A DNA stretch of 64,000 nucleotides, taken from the sequence record MK327937.1; one strand, written 5' to 3'. Below, piece by piece: positions 1 to 9,479 of the stretch; position 1 is the first letter of the stretch; each line of letters starts with the position of its first letter. The translations under genes were made by a program, and so were the position numbers. The stretch comes from Escherichia phage vB_EcoM_G10400. The notes beneath the pieces were generated by a model that ran no database searches, was not told the DNA's origin, and saw nothing but the letters and a program-made list of their open reading frames with translations.

Positions 1-442
1 TTCATAATACGCATGACGAGCAGGTGCAGATTTAATTTTGTTCTGAATAACTTCCATTGCGTTATCAGAAAGAGACAAAACCCATGCTCGACGAATTTTA
101 TTTTGGTTTTGTGGATTTGATTCAGAACGCACGTGTTTTGGCTGAATATCTTTTACATCAACAGTATAATTCACAGTAATTTTAGTCATAATACACCTTT
201 AGTCATAATAATCAGTAACAGTCCAAGCTTCATTTCTATTGGACATTATTTTTGTATATTCTGCTTTAAATGCATTCCTAAGCATAGATTCAGTAACTAT
301 ATGCTCTTCATTAGAAAAATTATTTCTCAGAATATATCGTTTTATTTCAGGAAAAGTTAATAAATGCTGTCCAGTTGAATATTCCATGTTTTTCCTCCAT
401 AGAGATTATACTCTAATAAATTAAAGCATAATCTCTTATAAA

Positions 443-2125
443 TTAAACCATTACAGTAAATCGACCAACTTTCTTCATTTGAAGATGCTGACCATATTCT
501 TGCGGGTCATGGTCTTTATGCGAAATTATAAAAACATTAGTGTTTTTCATTGAATTTATAATATTAGCTACACCTTTAATACCTTCGGCATCAAATGACC
601 CATCAAACACTTCATCAAGAATTAATGTACTAATACTAACACCAGATACGATAGAAGCAATATCACGCCAAGTAAATAAAAGAGCAATATCAATTCGTGC
701 CTTTTCACCTTCACTAAATGAAGCATAACTAAAATCTTCACGACCACGGGATTTAATTGTCTCATTAAATTCTTCATCTAATGTAAACACATAATCCGCT
801 TCCATTATTTTAAGATAATGGTTAATCTGCTTATTAAATAATGGAATGTACTTTTTAATAATAGCACCTTTAATACCAGAATCTTTGAGCATATCAGTCA
901 AAATTCCTCGGTGGTATTTTTCCATTACTAAATTAGTTTTTGTCTTAACAATTTTATCAAGTTCTTCTTGAAGCAATGCTATTTCATCAGCATGGTCAAT
1001 AAACTCGGATGATGCTTTTTCTATAGCTGCTTTAACTTTTTTAGCTTTATCTACTGTCGTGATTAGAGATTGCTTTTTATTGCGAATATCATTTGCCAAC
1101 GACTGCTGGGTTTTAATATTATCTCGGTATTCATCAACAAGAACTTTTAAATTATCACGGTGTGTTGAAAGCTGTTCAAACGAATGCGTACATTCAGAAA
1201 CTTTATCTTTAATTTTAGAAACAACTTTATCACCGGAACTTAATTGTGACAAACAGGTTGGACATAATCCACCTTCGTGATACATATTAATGACTTTATT
1301 ATACGAGTCAATTTTTGATTTAATTAAAACTGCTTCTTGACCGATTTTATTAAATGCATCAGTCGGGTCTTCATCTAAAACAATATTAACTAATCTTTCA
1401 TTAGCTTCTTCTATTTCCGATTTTAGCGTTCTAGCTTCTTTTGCCAAATCATCATACATATTTTGAAGACGAGTAAGGTTGTCACCCGTTAATTTTTTCT
1501 GGCGTTCAACGTTATCATTATATATTTTAATTTGTTGGATAATACTATCTTTTTTAACATCAAGCACTTGGTTCTGTGAGTTTAATTCACGTATTAGTGC
1601 TTTATTAAGCTTATCCATTTCAGCTAATGTTCCTACCTCAAGCAGGTCTTCCACAAGCTTTCTTCGCGCAGGGGTCGACAAACCCATGAAAGGGGTATAC
1701 CCTGCTGTACCAAGGACAACAATCTGCTTGAAACTGGCATATGACATTCCGATAAGCTGTTCAAATTCTGCTTGGAAATCTTTACTGCTGGCAGATTCAT
1801 TAAGACGTGTACCGTTAACGGTGATTTCAAAAACGTTCGGTTTTTGTCCTCTTTTGATATAGTACTTTTTCTCATCATATTCCATCCACAGTTCAACTAA
1901 AAGTTCTTTCTTATTTGTGCTGTTTATTAATTGACCTTTCTTTACATCACGAAATGGCTTGCCAAAAAGCCCAAATGTGATGGCTTCTAGCATAGTAGAC
2001 TTACCACCGCCATTTCGTCCAGTAATAAGAGTTTTTTGAACCTTATCTAATTGAATGTCAATAGGATTTCCACCTACTGACATTATATTTTGATACCTAA
2101 CTCGGTTTAGTTTAAAATTCTTCAC
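443..2125 (-). CDS. 46: Recombination endonuclease subunit gp46 (SbcC/Rad50-like ATPase)
   Basis: 560 aa ORF; N-terminal Walker A (GRNGGGKST), long central coiled coil, C-terminal ABC signature/Walker B region; sits directly downstream of gene 47 as in T4. Start codon appears to be GTG. Confidence 0.9.
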   Translation of the reverse strand: MKNFKLNRVRYQNIMSVGGNPIDIQLDKVQKTLITGRNGGGKSTMLEAITFGLFGKPFRDVKKGQLINSTNKKELLVELWMEYDEKKYYIKRGQKPNVFEITVNGTRLNESASSKDFQAEFEQLIGMSYASFKQIVVLGTAGYTPFMGLSTPARRKLVEDLLEVGTLAEMDKLNKALIRELNSQNQVLDVKKDSIIQQIKIYNDNVERQKKLTGDNLTRLQNMYDDLAKEARTLKSEIEEANERLVNIVLDEDPTDAFNKIGQEAVLIKSKIDSYNKVINMYHEGGLCPTCLSQLSSGDKVVSKIKDKVSECTHSFEQLSTHRDNLKVLVDEYRDNIKTQQSLANDIRNKKQSLITTVDKAKKVKAAIEKASSEFIDHADEIALLQEELDKIVKTKTNLVMEKYHRGILTDMLKDSGIKGAIIKKYIPLFNKQINHYLKIMEADYVFTLDEEFNETIKSRGREDFSYASFSEGEKARIDIALLFTWRDIASIVSGVSISTLILDEVFDGSFDAEGIKGVANIINSMKNTNVFIISHKDHDPQEYGQHLQMKKVGRFTVMV

Positions 2126-2385
2126 AAAAGATTCCTTTTAATGTATCTTTTAGACCATTCTATCATATCATCATAATCTAAAAAGTATTCATCAAATTCA
2201 GCCATGCAAACAACGCCTTGTGCTGTTTTTGATGTAATATAAATTATTCCAACATATCTAGAATCTTCTTCGGTGTAATCAATATTTGCTATGAATTCAT
2301 CATTAATGTCAAATGTCGAAAACTTCACAGTATGCATCCTTAATACAAGATACAGCCATATCTCGTAATGATTTAGGTGTGTCAT
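2122..2385 (-). CDS. Hypothetical small protein between genes 47 and 46
   Basis: 87 aa ORF in the sense orientation of the early transcription unit; overlaps its neighbour by 77 nt, so the true start may be internal. Confidence 0.4.
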   Translation of the reverse strand: MTHLNHYEIWLYLVLRMHTVKFSTFDINDEFIANIDYTEEDSRYVGIIYITSKTAQGVVCMAEFDEYFLDYDDMIEWSKRYIKRNLL

Positions 2386-2572
2386 TATCTAAAATGTTGA
2401 AGTTAAAAGATACAGCCCAGTCAGTGCAGACCGTGACCTTTTTAATACAATTATCTTCAACCTCTAGCGGTTCAAACCAATATTCAATAATTTCTTTATG
2501 ACCAATATCATCTTTTACTTCGCATTCAAAATGCTGACTCATCATAACATTTTTAAATTCATCAAAAGTCAT
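2309..2572 (-). CDS. Hypothetical small protein between genes 47 and 46
   Basis: 87 aa ORF; stop/start overlap with gene 47. Confidence 0.4.
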   Translation of the reverse strand: MTFDEFKNVMMSQHFECEVKDDIGHKEIIEYWFEPLEVEDNCIKKVTVCTDWAVSFNFNILDNDTPKSLRDMAVSCIKDAYCEVFDI

Positions 2573-3588
2573 TGTGTTGCCTCTACATATAGCTGATTCG
2601 CATATTGAATAAGTGCTTCACGGTCAGAATCAGTGATGTCTGGAATTGCATTAATGTATTCTTCCATCAACGTCTGAAGAGATTGAACTTCAACTTCTTC
2701 ACTGTCATCTGACTCGACAGAGTTATCAATCTTTGACACAACTCGTAATGAATGCACAACTTTTTCTAGTTCAGATTCGAACTTCGTTAGATTTTTGTCT
2801 ACTTCAGTTACTATAACACGTACTGATAGATTTGTAAAATCTTTATAGTCAATTTTTCCTTTAAATGGATAATGAATTCTACGATGCCAAGTAGTGTTGT
2901 TTGGAATAAATTCCATTCGTTCTGTTTCTGTATCAAACATCCAGAACCCACGAGGGTCATTCTCGTCACCTGCAGTTAGTGTCCATGGTGTCCCAATATA
3001 TCTGACGTTTGCAGCCTCAGAAATAGTATGGAAGTGACCAGACCACACTTCTTTATAAGTCTTAAGGAAATCAGGTTCAAGACCGTGAGATTTCATTCCT
3101 TTATAAAAATAAAATCCATTCAGTTCCCAGTGACCAACGCAAAAAGAAGCAGATGAAGTTTTGATGTGCTCAAGAATTTCACCAGTATTTTCTTCACACA
3201 TCCAAGGAATTAAATCAATTAAACATCCGTCAAAATCTACTGTAGTAGGCTTATCATATACTTTAACATTAGGATATTTAGCCAAAAGCTCAGTAGAAGC
3301 ATTTGGATGCATTACATTTTTGTAGTGGAGATCGTGATTTCCTACAATAGTATGTAATGTGATTCCAGCACCATCAAGCATTTGAACTATTTCACGGGCA
3401 AACTCCATAGTTTTATGCGTGATCGCTTTTCGCACATCAAAAATATCACCGTATTGAATCCATACCGTAATTCCATTTTTCTTAGAATATTCTATCGCTT
3501 GCTTAATTCCATCAATTTGAATACCGCGAATCCACTCATCATCGGCTTTAACGCCTAAATGCCAATCACCTAAATTTAAAATTTTCAT
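2569..3588 (-). CDS. 47: Recombination endonuclease subunit gp47 (Mre11/SbcD-like phosphoesterase)
   Basis: 339 aa; calcineurin-like phosphoesterase motifs (GDWHLG, GDIFD, GNHD, GHWE); paired with gp46. Confidence 0.9.
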   Translation of the reverse strand: MKILNLGDWHLGVKADDEWIRGIQIDGIKQAIEYSKKNGITVWIQYGDIFDVRKAITHKTMEFAREIVQMLDGAGITLHTIVGNHDLHYKNVMHPNASTELLAKYPNVKVYDKPTTVDFDGCLIDLIPWMCEENTGEILEHIKTSSASFCVGHWELNGFYFYKGMKSHGLEPDFLKTYKEVWSGHFHTISEAANVRYIGTPWTLTAGDENDPRGFWMFDTETERMEFIPNNTTWHRRIHYPFKGKIDYKDFTNLSVRVIVTEVDKNLTKFESELEKVVHSLRVVSKIDNSVESDDSEEVEVQSLQTLMEEYINAIPDITDSDREALIQYANQLYVEATQ

Positions 3589-3750
3589 ATATCAAGAACC
3601 GTCATTGAAATGCAAAATAAAATTAATGAAATAAATCCATCTGGAGTGCTAAAGAACCCAATCCAACATGCTCTGGTGAACAAATAAAACGCTAGAAAAA
3701 GTATCACATATCCAAGAAATATCATTATATCAAACTCCGTATAAAGCTAA

Positions 3751-3764
3751 AGGGCCGAAGCCCT
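3751..3764 (-). terminator. UUCG-tetraloop hairpin at the a-gt 3' end
   Basis: Minus-strand RNA GGGCUUCGGCCC immediately after the a-gt stop codon; weak U-tract. Confidence 0.45.
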
Positions 3765-4967
3765 TTATTTTGTAATAATGTCAAATTGCTCTTTAAAGCA
3801 GAAGCTTGAATCTTGATGCTGATACAAAAATTCATAAGCTTTTTCACGTTCACGGTCATAAAGAGTTCGATCAGATGACAGTTCTTTAATACGTTCAAAT
3901 GTTGATTTCATATCATTTTCATCAAACCAAATGATACCGCTATCATGCGAGGTCAAAGGAGTATTATCAACACGGAATTTTAAATTTTCGCCAATAGATT
4001 TCCAAAATACCGGAATTGTTCCACATGCACCAAGCTCGAGATGAGTATATTCTAAAGAGCGCTGTAGATATTTTTTATCCAACTTACTCAACTGATAACC
4101 AAAACCGGATTTGCTCATGCGTTCAAGCATTTCGCTATTTACATAACGGTCAAGAATTTGCGTTGGCAAATTAGGAGCAATTTTAATTTGGTCTACTTGA
4201 TGAAGACGATAATACTCGTATGGAATTCCTTTTTCTTTAATAGGAATGAACGCTGGAGAACGTTCCAGACCTTCCATAATAGTACTTAGTCCTGCAGGTT
4301 TAAGATGTTTTTCGTGAAAATCAAACATCTGATAAAAGCCTTTCCATGTAGTAGTACGACCAATCCAACGGTTGATATTCATGTTAATTTCAGAAACATC
4401 TTTCCAGTAGGTTGATCGAACCTTCGCAATATCCATAGGAGGCTGAAAGTTATATACTGTCGGCGCTTCTTCAATATCATCAAACAAAGAAACTGTTTCA
4501 GGATACCATTCTTTCATCAGAACTTTATTAAAATCACCATTATCAGAATGGCTAAAAATAACATCAGCTCGACGAACAGTTTCTTCTAATCCCAAATTTC
4601 GGCGCAAAGAAAGAGAAGAATGGTCATGTTGATAAACTACAACACGAACAGAAGGTTTAATGTTATCAATAATTTTTTTATAGTTATTAATAGTGTCTTC
4701 TTCAACCGAAGTAGCAGGAACTGAATTGATAATTAGAATATCACAATCATTTACCAGCTTAAGTGTTTTATCATATTCTTTTGCCAATAAAACCGGAATT
4801 GAAAATGATTTATAATCATGCGCGCAATTACGAGTAAATGATTTATCTTTAGCATAAACCAAAGTTACTTCATGACCATTCTTAATAAACCAATCACGTT
4901 GCTCAAGAGAAAATTTAGTTACACCACAACCTTCAAGACCTCGAGCCATAAAAATACATACTTTCAT
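3765..4967 (-). CDS. a-gt: DNA alpha-glucosyltransferase
   Basis: 400 aa; N-terminus MKVCIFMARGLEGCGVTKF closely matches T4 alpha-glucosyltransferase as I recall it; same length and position. Confidence 0.85.
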   Translation of the reverse strand: MKVCIFMARGLEGCGVTKFSLEQRDWFIKNGHEVTLVYAKDKSFTRNCAHDYKSFSIPVLLAKEYDKTLKLVNDCDILIINSVPATSVEEDTINNYKKIIDNIKPSVRVVVYQHDHSSLSLRRNLGLEETVRRADVIFSHSDNGDFNKVLMKEWYPETVSLFDDIEEAPTVYNFQPPMDIAKVRSTYWKDVSEINMNINRWIGRTTTWKGFYQMFDFHEKHLKPAGLSTIMEGLERSPAFIPIKEKGIPYEYYRLHQVDQIKIAPNLPTQILDRYVNSEMLERMSKSGFGYQLSKLDKKYLQRSLEYTHLELGACGTIPVFWKSIGENLKFRVDNTPLTSHDSGIIWFDENDMKSTFERIKELSSDRTLYDREREKAYEFLYQHQDSSFCFKEQFDIITK

Positions 4968-5020
4968 TTAATATCCTCTTTGTTTTGGTTTATTTTACCA
5001 AAAATTTATAAAGCAATATA

Positions 5021-5034
5021 GGAGCCGAAGCTCC
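5021..5034 (-). terminator. UUCG-tetraloop hairpin
   Basis: Minus-strand RNA GGAGCUUCGGCUCC between gene 55-region ORFs and a-gt. Confidence 0.4.
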
Positions 5035-5382
5035 TATCCACATAATACGCCATACAGAGGCTCGTTAGAACTTTTAAATTTTATGCGCTTATATTTTATA
5101 GTTCCTTCTGCTTTAGCTTTATCATGAGACGCTTTAAAGAGTCTCATCATTTCCTCTTTAGAGGAACGAATTTTATTATAATCTATTTCAGAAGTCTGGG
5201 TGTTCATCTTTCACAGTTGCCACCATTTTTTGACTTGGTAAGAATCAACCCACACTTTCATATTAGGGTCTGCTCTTACAATAGGAGGATTAACTTCTTT
5301 AATTGAACTATCATGGTATTCTTTTTCAGAAATTTTCACACAAAGATGACCATTCAAAGATTCAGTAAATCCTGCATTAATT

Positions 5383-5700
5383 TTAAGACGCTTGAATTTT
5401 ACGTGTGTAAGCATCAATCATATCCTCAATCTGCGATCTAGTAGTCTTCCAAAGAATACTGATGAGTTCATCGTTATATGGCTGTTTCAGAATATCCCGA
5501 CTTTTCTTGATAGCATATTCGTATTGAGCAAAATTATTATTTTCAGCTGCAATCTGAGCGTGCTTATAAAGACGATTCAGTTCGCGTTTGTTTTTAGACA
5601 ATAACTTATTTGCTTTTCTTTCTGCTTCAAGACGGTTCTTTTCTTCAATAGAAGAAATAAGCTTTTCCACTTCATCATTAATTTCGGGTTTATCAGTCAT
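5383..5700 (-). CDS. Hypothetical coiled-coil protein
   Basis: 105 aa, charged and helical; early-strand ORF between gene 55 and a-gt. Confidence 0.45.
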   Translation of the reverse strand: MTDKPEINDEVEKLISSIEEKNRLEAERKANKLLSKNKRELNRLYKHAQIAAENNNFAQYEYAIKKSRDILKQPYNDELISILWKTTRSQIEDMIDAYTRKIQAS

Positions 5701-5701
5701 A

Positions 5702-5920
5702 TTATTTCTCTAATATAAAATAAAAATCATCATCTGTTAAATGATACCGATAGTTTAATTCTACACCATTAGATTTAAAAGCGGTATCATACGGATTTTC
5801 TGGATCAATATCAATGTCAAGAGCTAAAACTTCCCTGAGATACATTTTAAGTAAATAGGGAATAGCTTCAACTTCAGGTATTTCTTCCAAGAATCCGGAG
5901 AGGTTAATCGTTAGCCTCAT
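5702..5920 (-). CDS. Hypothetical protein
   Basis: 72 aa ORF immediately downstream of gene 55. Confidence 0.4.
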   Translation of the reverse strand: MRLTINLSGFLEEIPEVEAIPYLLKMYLREVLALDIDIDPENPYDTAFKSNGVELNYRYHLTDDDFYFILEK

Positions 5921-6467
5921 ATAAAAAATCCAAACTAGGAGAATCGTCTACAACACTTTTCTTTTCAGCCCCCGGTGTTCTATAGGTTGATTCTTCGTAA
6001 TGCGTCATTTTATCGTAGATGTCTTGAATAAAAGTTTCATCTACTAACGCAACCATATCGTCGTCACGACTGTCATAGACATTGTGAACGAAGTAACTAT
6101 ATTTCTTTGCAACTTCCTTACGTTCTTTTTTAATACGTTGGACGAATGCATTAAAACAAGCTTGAGTTATATACGCATGTGGGTTTTTATATTTCGTTTC
6201 ATCAAAATTATGAAGCCCCTTAATAGAAGCTTCTATACCATCTGCAATCATTTCTTGTTTCCAAGACTGGGTGTATCCTGAAAAGTTGAAACGTTTAGAT
6301 AAGCCTTCTGCAATAAGCATAATGGCTAATCCGATAGTATCATTTTGACGAACTACTTTATTTGGGTCTTTATTATTTGCTAATTCTGTTTTCCAATCAA
6401 TAATAGCTTGTAAAAGCTCTTTATTGTTTACGTAATTATATTTAGGCTTAGTTTCTGGCATTTTCAC
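5904..6467 (-). CDS. 55: Late-promoter sigma factor gp55
   Basis: 187 aa; sequence ([22 protein letters not shown]...) matches T4 gp55 from memory. Confidence 0.9.
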   Translation of the reverse strand: MKMPETKPKYNYVNNKELLQAIIDWKTELANNKDPNKVVRQNDTIGLAIMLIAEGLSKRFNFSGYTQSWKQEMIADGIEASIKGLHNFDETKYKNPHAYITQACFNAFVQRIKKERKEVAKKYSYFVHNVYDSRDDDMVALVDETFIQDIYDKMTHYEESTYRTPGAEKKSVVDDSPSLDFLYEAND

Positions 6468-6539
6468 CTCTTAGCTCAATTCATAGATCTATTATATCAT
6501 AATATTTGAAGATCTATCTTAAAGCATAGAGGATATCAG

Positions 6540-6809
6540 TTATCTAAGTAAGCAGTATGCTTGGAACACTTTCTCCATCATCTTTTTAAATTCATGAATA
6601 TCTATGTAATGATCATTAATATCAGCGCGATATAAAAAGTCTAAAAACTTTTTATGGGTATTAGAATATTTACTTCCAGTTAATTCAGAAACATGGCTTT
6701 CCCAATATCCAACACCAGTTTTATTTGGGAAAAATGAAATTTTCATGTATTGGTCAACATAGAAAATACCAAAATTTTCAATAGCAATAGAAATATTAAT
6801 TAATTTCAT
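6540..6809 (-). CDS. Hypothetical protein
   Basis: 89 aa ORF in the early-strand array upstream of gene 55. Confidence 0.4.
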   Translation of the reverse strand: MKLINISIAIENFGIFYVDQYMKISFFPNKTGVGYWESHVSELTGSKYSNTHKKFLDFLYRADINDHYIDIHEFKKMMEKVFQAYCLLR

Positions 6810-7027
6810 ACATTCATCAACTTAGCCGCTTCAAAAGCTGCATCTAGTGAATCAAACTGGTCAACGTATTCAATCAATTCGCCGTAATTGGCATATAACC
6901 ACCATTGGCTAAATTCATACTCAAGGATGAATCCGTTTCCTTCAATTTGAGTTAAACCAATGCCATTTGTATTTACTTCATATCCGGCAAGACGTAAATC
7001 GTTAATAAGAGCTTCGTTCATATTCAT
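6806..7027 (-). CDS. Hypothetical protein
   Basis: 73 aa ORF; stop/start overlaps with both neighbours. Confidence 0.4.
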   Translation of the reverse strand: MNMNEALINDLRLAGYEVNTNGIGLTQIEGNGFILEYEFSQWWLYANYGELIEYVDQFDSLDAAFEAAKLMNV

Positions 7028-7350
7028 ACCTTAGCAATTTTCAGGTCTGCAAATTTTTTCTTGCGTTGATTTTTCATGCGACGAATAGTTTTATCGGAAA
7101 TTTCATGCTTTTGATAAGCTTTAGATTCTACACCAAAAGCTTTAACATCAAATTCTGACAAGATATATTGAACCAACAATTCACGGACAGTATTGCGTCC
7201 AATCTTCTGATCATTCTGTTTCATCGTCTGATGAAGCTCTTTTTCCCATTTATCCAAAATTTGAGGAGTTACAATATCGCCTTTTTCTAGCAAAGAAACT
7301 ACTTTATCATATGCGTAAGAATTAATGACGTTTTTAATTTGAATAGTCAT
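7024..7350 (-). CDS. Hypothetical protein
   Basis: 108 aa ORF; translationally coupled with the downstream ORF. Confidence 0.45.
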   Translation of the reverse strand: MTIQIKNVINSYAYDKVVSLLEKGDIVTPQILDKWEKELHQTMKQNDQKIGRNTVRELLVQYILSEFDVKAFGVESKAYQKHEISDKTIRRMKNQRKKKFADLKIAKV

Positions 7351-7383
7351 ACATTATCCTCAATTACGTTAAAATTTTATTAT

Positions 7384-7402
7384 CCAAAAAGGGCCGAAGC
7401 CC
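7384..7402 (-). terminator. Intrinsic terminator (UUCG hairpin plus U-tract)
   Basis: Minus-strand RNA GGGCUUCGGCCC followed by UUUUUGG. Confidence 0.55.
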
Positions 7403-7603
7403 TTAGCTAAACTTTTTGGCACCCTTCCAGCCTTCATACATCATTGCGGCTGATATTAATATTGCTCCTGAGCAACTTGAATATTTGTGATTCCAAAACC
7501 AGTTTAGAAAAACTTCATCATCAATACCTTGGGCTATCATATTTTCAAAGAACTGACGACGAGATTCGGCAATTCGTTGTGATAATTTAGATTCAGGATT
7601 CAT
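7403..7603 (-). CDS. Hypothetical protein
   Basis: 66 aa ORF; preceded by a terminator hairpin at 7391-7402. Confidence 0.4.
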   Translation of the reverse strand: MNPESKLSQRIAESRRQFFENMIAQGIDDEVFLNWFWNHKYSSCSGAILISAAMMYEGWKGAKKFS

Positions 7604-7819
7604 TTAAATTTTCCAGTTACCGTTTTCATCAATAAATTTAATCCAGTCATTTACTGACCACTTAGTTGTATCACCTTTTGGAGTAACATTTAAAGTGTAT
7701 AACCCCTGCTTAAAAAGCATTCGTTTGATATTCATAATTTCCTCAGCTGTAACGATAACACTCGTTTGATTTACGTTTAGCAACTCGTTGAGAAGTATTA
7801 TAATCAAAATCATCGTCAA
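7604..7819 (-). CDS. Hypothetical protein (start probably internal, near 7735)
   Basis: 71 aa ORF overlapping the upstream ORF; an internal ATG at 7733-7735 is preceded by a GAGGA ribosome-binding site. Confidence 0.35.
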   Translation of the reverse strand: MTMILIIILLNELLNVNQTSVIVTAEEIMNIKRMLFKQGLYTLNVTPKGDTTKWSVNDWIKFIDENGNWKI

Positions 7820-8075
7820 TGTAAACTGATTTTTTCAACTTTCTTACTTCACCGCGTAATTGACGATTTAGCTCATCTTTAACTTCTGAATCAATACCTT
7901 TCATTCTACGCCATTTATCTGAGCGAAAAATGTTTTCAACCATATCTTTATGACTTACACCATCAGGAGCTTTACGCTTTCCGAAATAGTCATAATCACG
8001 CACTTTTAAGTCTTTACGACGATACGTTTTACCCATGGAGTTTAATTTCCTTAGCAATTGAACTAAATGCAGCAC
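7743..8075 (-). CDS. Hypothetical basic protein
   Basis: 110 aa, lysine/arginine-rich. Confidence 0.4.
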   Translation of the reverse strand: MLHLVQLLRKLNSMGKTYRRKDLKVRDYDYFGKRKAPDGVSHKDMVENIFRSDKWRRMKGIDSEVKDELNRQLRGEVRKLKKSVYIDDDFDYNTSQRVAKRKSNECYRYS

Positions 8076-8211
8076 GATCGCAAATCATGTGTTTATGTAA
8101 CTTAAGTATAAGATAATAAACATCATAACCATTTACGTAAGTAACGCGAACAGCATTACCATTAATAAGATAATACTGTCCCTTTTTAATTTCTTTATCA
8201 ATCATAACCAT
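8029..8211 (-). CDS. Hypothetical protein
   Basis: 60 aa; first ORF downstream of the early promoter at 8241-8290. Confidence 0.4.
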   Translation of the reverse strand: MVMIDKEIKKGQYYLINGNAVRVTYVNGYDVYYLILKLHKHMICDRAAFSSIAKEIKLHG

Positions 8212-8240
8212 ATCAATTCCTCAAAGGCAATTCATGTGTT

Positions 8241-8290
8241 AATAATACCATAGTTTGAGCTCGTTGTAAACAACTTTGTGAAAATTATTT
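8241..8290 (-). promoter_or_regulatory. T4-type early promoter
   Basis: On the minus strand: A/T-rich upstream element, -35 GTTTAC (plus 8266-8271), about 17 nt spacer, -10-like TATTAT. Confidence 0.6.
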
Positions 8291-8345
8291 TAGGGAATGA
8301 TAAGAAAGGAACGATAGCTTAGAATGGTAATATACAGAATGTGAG

Positions 8346-8367
8346 AAAGAAAGGCCCAGAGGGCCCG
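8346..8367 (-). terminator. Intrinsic terminator-like hairpin
   Basis: GC stem (ggccc/gggcc) followed on the minus strand by UUUCUUUC; downstream of nrdH. Confidence 0.45.
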
Positions 8368-8369
8368 TC

Positions 8370-8678
8370 TTAGTCTTCTATGATATCTTTATCATATCCA
8401 AGTGAAATGAGAGTTTCTTTGAAGTGTTTAATGTTCTTTTGTCTAGAATCATTAATGAAAATGACCGGATAACGAATGTTAAGAGATGTGAATCCAGCGC
8501 GTTTAGCAAGAGATACAATCAGCGGACGATCATACTCAATCTTACCATTATTTGTAAGAACTTTATAGAAAGTAAAAGGAGCATTGAGCTCCTTTAGAAG
8601 TTTTGTAACTGATTGACATCCAGGACAACGACCTACTTCATCTGGAATTCCATAGACTTCAATCTTATTTTGTTTCAC
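8370..8678 (-). CDS. nrdH: Glutaredoxin-like protein (NrdH-like)
   Basis: 102 aa with a CPGC redox motif near the N-terminus; adjacent to nrdG/nrdD. Confidence 0.7.
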   Translation of the reverse strand: MKQNKIEVYGIPDEVGRCPGCQSVTKLLKELNAPFTFYKVLTNNGKIEYDRPLIVSLAKRAGFTSLNIRYPVIFINDSRQKNIKHFKETLISLGYDKDIIED

Positions 8679-8680
8679 AA

Positions 8681-8893
8681 TTATTCCTTATTAAGAGCAG
8701 CATTCAGCTTGTTAGTAATTTTATCCAGACGCTCATTAAACTCACTAGAAGATAAGCCCTTTTCTGGAGAAATCAAACTAATCACGAAAAATATAGCAAT
8801 AAAAGGAATAAGGAAAATAGCTCCAACTGCCATAAACAGAAAGAATGTTACAGTTGTAAGAAAATCAGCTAAACCTTTACGAAATTTATACAT
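8681..8893 (-). CDS. Small membrane protein
   Basis: 70 aa with one strongly hydrophobic transmembrane segment. Confidence 0.45.
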   Translation of the reverse strand: MYKFRKGLADFLTTVTFFLFMAVGAIFLIPFIAIFFVISLISPEKGLSSSEFNERLDKITNKLNAALNKE

Positions 8894-9008
8894 ATTTTAC
8901 CCTTAATTGATTAACCAAGCATTGATAAGCACTAAACTATACTGTGAATAAAATTCTGGACCAAAATGAAAAATCATATCATTTATAGTATCCATAATGT
9001 AATTCAAT

Positions 9009-9479
9009 TTAATCATGTTTCCACACCCCATCGGTATTTGACCAAAGTCGCTGATTATCTGATCCTCGCCACAGCTTTTTAGTCGGAAGATTTTTCTCAT
9101 ACTTCCCATCAATAATAACATCAACATATTTAAGCATTTCTAGTTGTTTAATATCTTCAAACTTATATCCTGTCCACAACCAAATGCTTTTATTGGGATA
9201 AAGATTTTTTACTGTTTGAACAATGCAATGAATAACATCTCGGTTATCAGGATAGAGAGGGTCACCTCCAGTTATAGTCAATCCTTCTATATAATCATTA
9301 TTCAAACATTCAATTAATTGTTCTAGTGTTTCACCAGTGAATGGAACGCCATTTCTAGCGTTCCATGTTGATTTATTATAACACCCTTCACATTTATGCA
9401 AACAACCTGTAACGAAAAGAACGACCCTGCATCCAGGGCCATTCACAAAATCGCAAGGATAAAATCTATCATAATTCAT
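9009..9479 (-). CDS. nrdG: Anaerobic ribonucleotide reductase activating protein (radical SAM)
   Basis: 156 aa; CxxxCxxC radical-SAM motif (CLHKCEGC); translationally coupled to nrdD. Confidence 0.9.
   Translation of the reverse strand: MNYDRFYPCDFVNGPGCRVVLFVTGCLHKCEGCYNKSTWNARNGVPFTGETLEQLIECLNNDYIEGLTITGGDPLYPDNRDVIHCIVQTVKNLYPNKSIWLWTGYKFEDIKQLEMLKYVDVIIDGKYEKNLPTKKLWRGSDNQRLWSNTDGVWKHD

Noticed and set aside
540-1896. Plus-strand and out-of-frame ORFs inside gene 46 (540-728, 1059-1280, 1479-1862, 1633-1896)
   Set aside because: They lie antisense or nested within a well-supported 560 aa gene, have low-complexity composition and no ribosome-binding sites; typical AT-rich-genome artefacts.
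8903-9127. 74 aa ORF overlapping the 3' end of nrdG
   Set aside because: Overlaps nrdG by about 120 nt in another frame; nrdG is full length at 156 aa, so this ORF is probably spurious.
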